NCBI GenBank assembly: GCA_964016885.1
Contig: OZ024740.1
Location: 96,596,001-96,660,000, forward strand
Direction: 5' to 3'
Source: Eledone cirrhosa
Taxonomy: Eukaryota
DNA: 64,000 nt
Both the position numbers and the translations under genes were made by a program. Position 1 is the first letter of the stretch. Each line of letters begins with the position of its first letter. The notes beneath the pieces are model-generated. The model was not told the DNA's origin. It did no database searches and saw nothing but the letters and a program-made list of their open reading frames with translations. This document shows, in pieces, positions 51,779-64,000 of this stretch.

Positions 51779-54700
51779 GAATGCCATGGTTGACGGAGGC
51801 TCGGCTCTGTAAGGTATAGTAATTTTTAACCGTTAAAACAATTGTAAATTTTTTAAAACTTGAACCAAATTGTTGATAAAGACACCCTCCTCCTCGTGAG
51901 AGGGGTCTTTCTGTCCGTTATTTGGCCCTTCGGGGTTAAATAACCAGTTATTGGGGTTTTGTACCCAATATTCATTTTAAACATAAAACAACATGGCTAC
52001 GAAAAAGAAATTTCATATGTCACTCCCACTCATTCCGTCTTCTTCTTCCTCAATCATCACTACAGCAGAGAGAAGATTATCTCTCTCCCTCCCTTCTTTA
52101 AATGTGTCTCTCACCCTCCCTTCTCTTTCGCAAGTGACGAAAGAAAAGAAAAGTCTCGTGCAAAGCGTGCAAGGTTTCTCCACGACGACGACGACAGCGA
52201 CGAAACAGGTGTGCGGGAAATACGAAAACCCAGTTCATTCGTCTGACGTCAGGAATAATAGCAGTAGCAGCCGTAATAACAACAGCAACAGTGACAATGA
52301 AAACAACAGTAGCAGCCGCAACAGCATCACCAGCAGCATAAACAACAACAGCATTAGCAGCAGCAACACCAACAACAACCACAGCAACAGCGGCGGAGGC
52401 AGTAGTCGTAGTACCTGCAGCAACAACAAAAGTACCAGCAGCTCTGACGACAACAACAACAGCAGCAGCAGAGAAAAACCAATCTCATTTGCAGGTATTG
52501 CGAAAAACTTGGAAACAATCCTCATAACAAATGAGGAATTAGAGGAAGCGAAGAAGACGGTGACAAAGAATGGACACCGAGCAATCTGCAAGGCAGCGGA
52601 AACATTTTTCGAAACCCAAGAGCACTGTACGGTCACGTACCGTACAGTAAGTACAAAATCCCGTAGGGTGGAAAGAGCCACAGAGGCCCAAATACAAAAA
52701 GCCTTGGGGTCTGTGTGGCAGCGGAAAACGCACATCACCCGAGGCAAAAAATATGCCACCGTAGACGTACTTTTTGCCACACCCCAGGAGGCAAAGGCCC
52801 AATCAGTAGTGACCCTAAGGAGCGAGGAAATGGTGTTGGTGCCCTCCTACTGCGGGCAAAAAATTGTGAGGGTCAAACTGACCCACGTCCCTCCCGGAAT
52901 GGCCCCTTCTTGGCTGGCCGCGTCTGTCCTCGTCGGAATCGAGGACAAAACAACTGTACTGCAAGTACAGAAAAAAGTAAGAGACGATTGGGTAGGCACC
53001 TCCATTGAGATGCTAATCCAAACCAACCAGGAGTGCATCGAAGCTATCCCGGATGTGATTGACTTCGATAACGGCACTCAACTGCCCATAAGTGTTGAGG
53101 GCAAACGCCCGAAATGCTTTCGCTGTGGATCGAAGACTCACCTCAGGGCCTTCTGCAACGAGAAGACCCTGAGAAAGGAGAAAACCCCCTCCTTCCGAAT
53201 CCGGCTCCACGGCTACCAGCAACAGGACAAGCGGCAACCAGGAACGATAGGTCCGTGGCACCCATACCCACTCCACGGAAATCAAAAACAGCAGCAGCAG
53301 TGGAAATATTAACAACAACAACAGCAATACCAAATGCAGCTGCAACAGAGACTCCAGTGCAAACATCACCAACAACAACAAGTGAAAGAGTGGAGCTGGT
53401 ACCCCTCCCCGACCTCACAGAATCAGACATGGAGTGTGAGGTGGGAGAGGGATGGCAAAAGGTCGTAAGAAGGCACAAACGCAGAAGCAGCGCATCGTCG
53501 CCTTTGAAAAGGGAGGAAAGAAATGAGAAAAGGGTAAAGTCTACTGCAAAGAGACCCACAGCAGCAACACCACCAACACCATCACCACCCACACTAGCAC
53601 CACCATCACCACCGGCGACAACCCCACCGCCAACAACACCTTCAACACCACCACCACAAGCACCAACATCGCAAACACAACAACAAAACACACACACACA
53701 GCAACAACGACAAGAAAATAGCAGAACCACACACCACCCCCAGAAAAACAAATGCACGGCAATAAATACACACAACAAGAAACTAATGACTTACATAATT
53801 GAACACACAGACATTTCACAACAGGACTACATAATACCAGCACCAATCAAAACGCCAACTAACATAAGGCTGCTAAAAATAGCACAGAAACAATACACAA
53901 ACATTAAAACGAAATTCCCCAACGCAGTTGGTGATTTCAGGGACCTAGGAGGAACCATCAATCGAAGAGTATATTCAGACATTCTCTTAGAAGAGCCGAC
54001 GACCAGCCGAAGGGACGATTCAACGGTCCCTTCACCAGACGACCAAGTGAAAAGGGATGTAAAAACCATCCCTCCTCTACTAAAAGTACGGTAAGTGGTC
54101 TTTCCCATCTTTTCCACTCTATTTTAAACATGACCTCACTCAGAATAGGCAGCATACATGCGCGTGGCTTGGGGTCGTCATGGAAGCAGGGTCACCTGCT
54201 CAACGACCTCAGGTCACTAAACATAGATGTAGTGTCCATCAGCGAGACCAGCATCTCCGAAGCACGGGCCTTCGCACCGATCTTCGGCGGCTACGATGTG
54301 TACGCATCTCCCAGCCGTCCTGGATCGGTGGAGGAGTTGCTGTGCTTTTTCGGAGAGGTTTGGATCTCGCCATACGGGCCATCTTCCTGGATCCAGAGGG
54401 TAAGCTGGTGGTGCTGGACGTGACCAGCGGAGACGGGCAAGCTTTCAGGCTAGTGGCCGTCTATGCCCCGACAGGAGCAGGGCGGCCTGATTTCTTCCGG
54501 CGTCTGGAGACCTTTCTTGGAACGTCCCGCTCTTTAGTGTTAGTGGGCGACTGGAACGGGATCTTAGATGCACGCTGGGACTGTGTGGGATTAGCGGATA
54601 GGGGTGGAGGGTGCAAGAGACTCACCAACCTGCTCAGGCGTTTTGAACTGTCTGACAGGTACCGATTGGATTTCCCGAATGTGCCAATGTGGACCTGAAC

Positions 54701-55853
54701 AAACCGCATAGGGTCATCCAGATCATATCTAGATAGAGTATTTTGTAGGGAAATAGATAGGTCTAGCATAGGCTGTCCACAATTCAAGATAGTCAGCTAC
54801 ACAGACCACAAATTCGTGATCTGTGTGCTTGACTTAGATAGGCTTCATAGACGAGGACCCGGCTACTGGAAGCTAAACGCGTCCTTACCAGCGCGCAAGG
54901 CCTACAGAGACCGGATTAGCGAACTAGTTAAGCGGGCGTTGACGGGGGCCATCGTCAACAACAAGTGGTGGTTTGCTCTGAAAAGAGCGATTAGAATAGA
55001 ATCGATTAGGTTTAGTAAGGCTTGAGCAATAGAGAATAATAGAACAGAGGGAGAACTAGTTAGAAAATTAGGGGCCTATGGACAACTTCCAGAAATCTCT
55101 GGCCTGGCAGTGCTACCGAGGAGCCTTGCCAGTTCGGGATAAACTCTACAGGCATGGAGGTGCCGTCAGCCGGGCATGTCCGAGATGCGCGCAGGGCGAC
55201 GAAACCGTCCTGCACGCACTCGTCCAGTGTCCGAAAATTGCTGACTTGTGGGTTTATGTCGAACACCTGCTGTCGCGTTTAGGACGGATCCGGCTATCAT
55301 CTGAGTCCATCGTGAGGATTGCCCCGCCCTCCCCCTTTAGCCGGGAAGGGCAGGCAGTTTATATCTGTCTGGTGGCCATGGCGAAAGAGATAGTATGGTG
55401 GACACGTTTGAAAGGGCTGAAGACGAGCACTTACCTCTTCGGTGATGCTCTGATTGACTTTTTCAAATTTCATTTGAAAAGGAAAATCAGAGTAGAGAGG
55501 GAAGTGCTCTCTTCCCAGCATTTTGTTGAAAGATGGGTGAAAGAAGCAAGAATGGCCCGAGTGAATGGGCCTACTCTGAGTATATATCTGTAAATAAAAG
55601 GTGGAAAACTGGGAGAGGGCACTTGCCTTGGTGGTCAGGGTCATTGTGGCTTTTTACTGGGCTTTCTCCACAAATGTCCCTCCGAAGTCTCCCCCCTATT
55701 GGGGAATCTTTCATTGTTATTTTCATTGTTATTTTTGTTACATCCTCTGTTTTTGTTTTTTTACACGCAGAAATGCCCATTTGTACCGTCCTGCATTGTC
55801 CTGCACTGTCCTTAATGTCTACTTTATGTAAACCCTTGTGGTTAATAAAGAAA

Positions 55854-55855
<2 letters not shown>
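51779..55855 (+). mobile_element. Tx1-like family C copy 2 with the RT deleted
   Basis: ORF1 51993-54094 in two frames (CFRCGSKTHLRAFC). The APE from 54130 jumps at ~55070 to GPMDNFQKSLAW. Ends AATAAAGAAATC(ATT)n. Confidence 0.93.
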
Positions 55856-55885
<30 letters not shown>

Positions 55886-55929
55886 TTATTATTATTATTA
55901 TTATTATATGTGTATATTTGCTGCGCAAT

Positions 55930-56410
55930 TTTTTCTCTATATATTTATAATTGGATAATTACTTGATCGATTTTTTCTCATTTCATGGGATAAATACATC
56001 CGGTAGAAGTCAAATTTTGTTCGTTTCCTTTTATTATGATATCCGAATTGTTGTCCATGATTCTTCTGTCTCTGGGTTTTAACGTATGCCAGTGTTAAGG
56101 TTTCTCTGTCACATTTGTTATTATGTAAATTCAAATGTTTATGGATATATGTAGTTCTGTCTGCGTCTGAGCTGCCAGTAATAATCGGTTTAATTGCTTT
56201 TTCGCTATTAACACAAATTCTGCAGTTACTTACTGTGTTCTGTTTCATTATATATGTTATGTTGTTTCTGATGGAACAGCTTTGATCTTGTGCTGCAAAT
56301 AAGACTGCTTCAGCCTCAGCCTTTTGTTTAGTGTTTCTTAAGCAGCGCTAGGATTTTTCTTTGTCCACTATTTTTTTATCAAGTTTCAAGTTATTGACCA
56401 CGAATTTATA
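55930..56410 (-). mobile_element. Old R4/Dong-clade remnant
   Basis: The - strand encodes EAVLFAAQDQS and NCRICVNSEK, matching ETEGLIISAQDQ and CRVC of D1. Confidence 0.65.
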
Positions 56411-56429
56411 TTTTGTCACTGATATCAGT

Positions 56430-56632
56430 AGTAGCATTATTGGTGAAGCGTTCGACAAGATTGTTTGTGGCATAGTGTTACGTGCCTTTACATTCAGAAT
56501 TCAAATCCCACCGAGGTTAGTTTTGACTTTCATCCGTACGATCTCCATAAAATAAAATACCAGTAACGCACTGGGGCCCACTTAATCGAATTTCCCTTAA
56601 TTTGCTGGTCTTGTGCCTATAGTAGAAATCAT
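56430..56632 (+). mobile_element. Degenerate SINE
   Basis: gaattcaaatcccaccgaggttag...ctttcatcc...tcttgtgcctatagtagaaatcatta. Confidence 0.75.
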
Positions 56633-58559
56633 TACTGAAATGTTACCTAATTATCAGCTATCTCTATGAATATATATGTACATATTAACTAAAATATGAA
56701 AGCAGACCTTTCATGAAATTTATGCAATTCAATGGAATCATTTCAGAATCGAATTGTTTGGGTTTAGAAATTTAAGTTAATTCTCTAGAAAATGTTCACC
56801 AAATAATTAACGCACCTAATGCGTTCAAACATCTCGGCATTTAATTGTTTTACAATACTTTCTAATGTTTGTCCCCATCAAACATCATCATATATTCTTT
56901 GAAGAAAATTTCACCACATTTTCTTGTATAGAACTTCTTATTAATATTTGCTTCCATTGTTGTGTTTGAAAAGATTGCAACATTTTGTAAATATTATATT
57001 TCATTGTTCTCCGTTTACTTTAAACGCATTGTCGTGAAAATGAATGGTGATTATTCGCCGTTTTCGATAATTATAACATGATTTCATGCTTCTTTATATT
57101 TCATTTATTTACATTTTCTGGCTATAATTTTTGTTCAATCTAACCATATGCAGATAACCTTTTGAGTATTATAAAAACATAAATAATGTTTTACATGTAT
57201 TCATTATGAAAGACCTATAACAAGGACCTCAAAACAAAAATCAATTTTCACATTTCTTTAGATTAATTCTACCAGGTTATTAGAATACATTTAGTAGCTT
57301 CTAAGAATGCCTAAATTTCCTTTACATTTGTATGTTTTTGAAAAGAAAAATTTAGAGAGAGTATGCAGAAATGCAAACATTTATGGAAGCAAGTTGTTTG
57401 CTTTCCAGGGAGACAACAAAATAAAACTGGAGAAATATTTCCTTAATTTTTCTTGACGAAATGGTATTCATTATATAAATCATCACTCAGAAAAGAACCT
57501 GGGACAGTTATAGCAGATCTGCCTATTTAACTTAGCAATATTGGCAATCATAAAGATTATTGGAATTGTCATTATTTGAGCAAGATCAAATGAGATTGTA
57601 TCTATAATTTTTAACACCGAGATGTCAACATGACACATGTCCGGCTACTTACACTACAATAGGCTAACTATAGGAAGAGTTATACGTTAAGTAATTATAT
57701 TTACAGGCGATGCGCCGGTTAAATCAACAACTAGAACAACAACAGCAACAAATGACAATACCAATGGCTACGAGAGCGCCGACGAAAACGGGAACGGTGA
57801 CAACAAAAACATAACAACTACAACACCAATATCGACCACAACCACACTATGACTTCAACTACTGCTTCAACATATTAGTAGCAGTCGTTGCAGCATAAGT
57901 TATAGTAGTAGCAGCAAGATTGCTTTACACAATGGTAACATTTGTAGTAGTAATGGTGCCTGAATGTTCGAGGATAATTGTCGCAAGCGTCATTGGAAAT
58001 ACATACAACCGGATACCTTATTACTTTAACTGATTTGGCCAGAAGTGGATGTAGCTGCTATGGGAGGAAATAATCGATAAGACAATAATACCGAAGCAAT
58101 AAAGCCTAAAACAAGAAGTCTTAAAATAATAACCAATAGAATAATCTGTAAATATTTTAAGGATAAATGAAAAACAGGGTGTAAGTGTAAATTATGGAGT
58201 TCATTGCGTAGTGTATTCAAGTGATTAAAGTATTCCGCATATATCTAATTACTGGCGGAGACATTCTGTGTGAAATATATAGCCGAGAATACGGAACATT
58301 TAGGGTGTTGGCATCTCATTATGATTTCCGATTTCGCGTTTGATCAGTTCCACGGTTGCAGACAGGTGGGGGCAATACAGTTTTGGGCTTGCAAGGTACA
58401 GGGGCGCGATATTAAAAATGTTCCACCTCATACTAATCGTTGTGTGTGCGTCATTGAATCACCTATTCAAGTCTGCCAGCCTCATACAGGAACGTTGTTC
58501 TTGCCATTTGATGAATTAATGTGGATGTAGTTGCGGACCTCTGATGTTGTAGATGTAGC

Positions 58560-58900
58560 TGTAATATAAAAGTTCTTTGATTCATGTGTATCAAACAAAC
58601 ATTTATATTAGATTTATTTAGCCAAACATTTGTTTTGCAGGAAGATTCGCTCTTGGTATTGCAGTTACAGAGATGGTACTTCGTGCCCTCTGTTGGTTGG
58701 GGGTAGCTTTGTCCGAGACATCTATGGCTGGTTGCTGTCTGGCCTTAGGGATGTTGGACAGTTCCTTATTTTTGAGTTGATCACCATTTATGGAGATATC
58801 CTCAGTAAGCAGTTTTGCTGGTTGAAACACCTGTTGCAATAGTGCATGGCTTGGTGTCTCGTCCAATGCTTTAAAGAAGATGCCCGGTGTCTTGGTCACA
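58560..58900 (-). mobile_element. Possible very old RTE-like LINE remnant
   Basis: Frameshifted traces of the RTE C-terminal pattern (F.Q..L..I, ARQ..W.G, P.KQMFG) in a GC-richer block; weak. Confidence 0.3.
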
Positions 58901-61337
58901 ACGTGTCTTTAATATACCGCAGTGAATCTGGTCACGAGCTGTAGTAAATAATCACTAATAATACGAGCAGTATTATTAACAAACGCGCTGACATCGATAA
59001 TGTTGTAATTACGTGAGTTGCTGTGGAGGTCAGGTCACCGACACTTCTATCCGCACCGTAATTCTCAGCCCTCTGGATCCGCCTACGATTACACCACGTT
59101 GAACTGTGCCATGGTGATTCAGAGCATAGTAGGGTTACTGTCGACATATAGGCAAAATGTATCGTTAGGTGTGCTATTCCTTATTTCATGTCTAAGATTG
59201 AACGTAACTAGCTGGGCACTCACGTTGTTACAGCAACCGTTTTGACTAGTAGTTGATGCACAGTTTAGGACCCACCCTGTTAGTTCTTGTGTGTGCCTAC
59301 AGTTGAAGGGTGCTCACAGCACTTTTATTCCCCATCCCTCATGTAACGAATCTCCTGCGAATACCTTCCTTTAGCTATGCCGCTTTAAAATATTCGGTAT
59401 GTTAGTTGAGAATGTCCCCATAGTGGACAATGTGGATACAATGTTGGAAACACTTTTAACTATGCATTTAAGGACGACCCGATGGTGGTTTGACTATCTC
59501 TTCACGTAATTGAGATACCCAATCGACTTTTGAAGAGTTGAATACAAGCCGGTATACAGCGCGAGGTTCAGTTTGGGGAAAGTAATTGTCTGTGTATTGC
59601 TGTCGAATGTTAATGTCAGTCTGCGGTACCTAAAAAACTATCTAAGTCGTTACTGTATCATATCTAGTAACCGGAATGTAAAAAGGGCGTCGTCGCTGTA
59701 CAATTCGCCCCTAATTCCTGGGGTTTCCTAAAAAAGCGTATGCAGGAGGTAAAACCCCACTAAGTTTGTGACATACATCGTGATGCTTGGGCCCAATGCA
59801 ATATCAAAGCTGTCAGGTCTATACTTACGCTCCAAAATGTGCTATTATAAAGTCGACCTCCACACTCGTGAGGTTACATTTACTCATAGCTGCGATTAGC
59901 GTCTTATTCATTAGTATAGTTGCGATAGAATGCGTAGTATTTGGGTGAACCGGGCGTCTAGTTACATATCAAGGAGGAAGAACCAAAGAATTACTCACTT
60001 GGTGGACATATATGCGTGTGCGTTTGTGTGAACGGGTTAGAGGGGGGGGGGTGAGAGAGCATGTGTGTGCACGTATGGCGATATGTCCGTTTACAGCCCC
60101 TCTCTCTCTCTTCTAATGTGTTCGAATGAACTCAAGGAAAATGGAAAGATATATAAAAATGAAGGGTATCCTAAATGATATACTGAAATATTTAATTCTG
60201 TCCTATTGCATTGTGCGATTTAACCAATCGAGTTCACATTTATGTTTCATTCTGCCATGCATTTTAATAGTACTACTAATTACATATGATCCTACGTTAC
60301 TATATAACGTTTTGTTCTATTGTAAGAATGGATTATTATTTGTTAAGAATGAATTACCTGCTCAAAATATCAGTGGTATATGATATTAAACATAAGCAGC
60401 AATTTGATGCGCGAAAGAGAAAGACACCAAAGTATTAGCTTAGCTCACTAAAAATATTCATATTCAACAAACGTCTACAACAATACTGCTGCAACATGAT
60501 TTACAGACAGTAGAATTGCTATTTTCTGCCATGTCATTTTACGTATAATATCGACGACGTTCCAGAAGCGATTGTATATCATTCCTTTGATATCAATTAA
60601 AATGGAATGATGGACATCTTTCTTATATACATTACTATTTTTAAAGCAACTGCCAATTCAGTATAATTACTTGACTTTTCAGCTCGCATTTACATAACCT
60701 CCAATCATTCTATATTGCTAATATATATTGTCAGCCATATTATGTGTCATCTCTTTCTCCACATGTATGCTAAATTTACGTTAAATCTTATCGTTGTCAT
60801 TCACAAAGATAGGTAGACGTTCATATATATATATATATATATTCATCGTAAAATATACTTTCAAAAGTCGAAACTGAGTGAGCAACGCTATGGAGAGGAT
60901 ACATGCTATATTTATGTTTCAGAATATTTTTTGTAAGGAGTGATATTGAACACGTCGATGCACCATATCTGCTTTACAATTTAAATCTTAAATAATTATA
61001 ATTATTCTCTGAATGTGCTAAAATAAAGGCAAAAATGTATTTGAATGGGACACGATTCGACAGCAAATATTGCTGTGCCCCTTTTCCAATCAAGCTAAAC
61101 TTTGTCGGAAACAATTTGTAATATTACTATGTACGCTAATTTGTTGAAACAAATGTTTATTATTTATGGTTCTACTTTTATCGTTGGTCATTGTAGTCGT
61201 CACATATATATATCGTTTCTACATTTGTATTTACAACTAAATTTAGGTTCCACCTTCACTTTAATTACATTGCAATGGAGAAAGGTGAAGTTAGACATTA
61301 CATCGATTTACTAACTCCCTTATTAGCTGACCTCTAA

Positions 61338-61540
61338 TAATGGTTTCTGATTTAGGCACAAGGTCAACAATTTGGGGAGAGGGGAGAGTCGATTAAAATT
61401 ACCCCAGTGCGTGAATGGTACTTTATTTTATCGACCCCGTAAATATGAAAGTAAAGCTAACCTCGGCGAGATTTGAATTCAGATTTGAATTCAGTACGAA
61501 CATGGCCATAATTCTATACATGCCAATACACCGCCCTCGG
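61338..61540 (-). mobile_element. Degenerate SINE
   Basis: tttctgatttaggcacaagg...ggtactttattttatcgaccccgtaaatatgaaag...ctcggcgagatttgaattc. A more decayed + strand core follows at ~61620-61690. Confidence 0.8.
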
Positions 61541-64000
61541 CTGACCTCTAATAATAATAACAAATACATTGCCCTATCATGCCATTTAAGGGGATATATA
61601 TGTTGGATGAACTCTCTGTATTTAAATTCCGCCAAAATCATCTTTGCCATTCATCCTTTCGATGTGATAGAAATAGTGCCAGACCAGTAATGGGTCAATC
61701 TATCCTCTCTACCCCTTTCTCTCTGCCTCTCTCTCACATCCTAACATTCTCTGGGGAGGGGATAAATTCTTTTAGGTGTAAATGTTCCAAAAACGCTATG
61801 CCAATACGGCCTCCCTACGACCCAATCAGGAGTTACTAGATAATATCATACCATATGTCGGCTAAACTAACATTATGCATACTGCACTTTAGAAGAGGGG
61901 TGGTCAAGTATTTTATTTATTGTATTATAAGCCTCCTCCAATCATGCTTAACCGACTTTTAAAAACTAAGGACGTACAATGGCATATAATAAATTCACTT
62001 GCAAGCCCGAGATACAGCAAAATTAACAAGTGTCTTCTTAACCTATTCTCTAACATTTGACCATCCATATTTCTTCAATTTACAGTTAGAGAATACAAGA
62101 TTTATTGCGAAGCGTGTAAATGAGTTTTAAGATTATTGATGCTGTACAATACAATGCCTGAGCCTATTACGTTCTAGTGTCTTACTACAACTCATGTTAC
62201 ATGACGTACTACAAATCTGTTAATGATATTGATGTATGTATTCTATGTAAATGAAGTTGTTGATCTATATTCTAAGAAAAGATCAATCTACTATCCCCCT
62301 TCATAATCTATTCACGCGTAATTTTACTTTTATGTATAAACCTATATACCCAAGATACGATCTTATCCAGACACTGCATTATTCCTGTTATGTGGAGAGC
62401 TTCAACAGCTGTTCAGGCTTCATCCTACCTTCGTATATTTACATCTTTTCGAGTTTTTATTCAGCTAATAACATTTGAACACTTTGCAATTCTGGAGATA
62501 CCCTGTCGATACCTTCTATAAAAATAACAATGTCGATGTTAGGAACAGGCCTTTCCTTCTTCATATAGTACTCCATAATTAGCTTTTAATATTAGCCAAT
62601 TGAAAATCCATAAGGACAAAACAACTTTATGTCTGTGGCGTCAGGGCAGATGGTGGTGTTAATGGTAGTATTTTGATTGTATTAGTTTAAGATAGTAATA
62701 TCAATTTCAATGATATACTGTTGTTGTGGCTTGTAATGATGTTATTCGTTGTTGTGAGGTGATGATGCTGCTAATGATGCAATATGCTGGAGCTGGTACT
62801 TGTATTGGTGGGGGTGTTGGAGGTGATACAGAACAATGCGTACACTCACACATCCAAACAGAGAAACACTCGTGTGTACTCGTATTCTTATTAATACTCT
62901 TATGTATTTACGACTAATGCTAATAGCGTTTCACCTAAGGTCTGCTTTACTTTACATTCAATTGGATTGAAAAATATCTTCTTTATCATATTTTTTTAAG
63001 GGACAGAAAACCTTGATGAATATGTAAAGTGGGTAAAACTATTCTCTATAAAGTTGGTGTTGACATAATCTTTCCTACTTTCAGGAATGGAACACAAAGT
63101 CGACCGCCACAGAAATTGAAACATATATTTGTTTCTTTACAGAATAGGCCAAACTAGGAGAGTAATAGATCATACAGTTTATTCAATTTATTTTCTAAGG
63201 ACCTTTGTGAACGATGTATATGTTAGACAGATACAAGATGTTATTATATTCTATACAAAGACAATTTTGATACGCCTTTGACAAATGTTTTGGTATTTTG
63301 CTTCGAAATCCTAATGTCCTGTTTTTCATTCCACTACATGTAATCTTCAACAAATGTCATATACACTAGCCTAGAAATGACCCAAGAGTTGTGCGTATTA
63401 AATGCTAAACGAAAAGTGCGTGGAGGCATCTGGAGCGACTGTATTTGTCATTCAATACGTCAACATTGTTGCACATTATGTAGCGCTTAATCTACCGGTG
63501 ATATACGCTAGGCTAATATATGCTTGTGGAACGCTCAATCACATTCAAATTGATTTTCCCAGCAGGTTGCTATGTTAAATGAACAAATAGAAGACATCTT
63601 AGAAACTGATGGAAATCTGTTCATGCTGGAATCCGTCTAGATTTCTTGTGTTCTCACTCCTTTCACTGCAGATTTCCTCCACAAAGTCGGAAAGGTAATA
63701 GCCTCCACTAATGAATGAGCCCTATAAAGCGGGTTGGATCTTACAGCGGGTTTAACAGGCTATTCCCTGTGGCAATGCCTCCACGCCTTCGTTTGCTAGA
63801 CAGCCGAATCATCGCTCGGACTGGGGTGTAGCGTCTACCCCTACCCCTCGCCTGTTCTTTTGTTGCTTCTTCTCTTCGTTTTTCCCGTTTTCCTTTCTTT
63901 TAGGGATTCCATTGATGGTTTGTTTAATCTCTGATTTATTCTCATTATTCGTTGAGGATGAACATATTCCCTTCAATAAAATACTCAGAAATAGCTTGGT

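Noticed and set aside
57715-58010. AAC/AGT-rich patch resembling a Tx1 ORF1 N-terminus
   Set aside because: Only compositional similarity; no diagnostic motif.

Overview
This is AT-rich animal genomic DNA. It is most likely octopus/cephalopod, inferred from the SINE family and the microsatellite load. I found no recognisable host gene; the window is almost entirely mobile DNA. (1) From 14.8 to 56.4 kb there is a pile-up of non-LTR retrotransposons sitting in (TTA)n tracts. Three Tx1/L1-clade families (A, B, C; ORF1 with CCHC knuckle, ORF2 APE-RT) are all on +, and two R4/Dong-clade RT-RLE families (D1, D2) are all on -. (2) There are about ten copies of a tRNA-derived Nin/Deu-core SINE whose 3' end resembles the Tx1-like LINE 3' end. 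(3) A complete hAT (hATm-like) DNA transposon with TIRs and an 8-bp TSD sits at 3068-5810. (4) A Penelope-like RT remnant lies at about 8.1-8.95 kb. (5) The least obvious layer is a set of hammerhead ribozyme motifs next to (TA)n tracts. These include fold-back palindromes with one hammerhead per arm (1-258, 9581-9836, 24993-25312) and a 321-bp tandem repeat with an extended type I hammerhead in each monomer (10285-10965, retrozyme-like). Two of the families have a U3-A8 core instead of C3-G8. All structures were derived by eye; no folding or database search was run.
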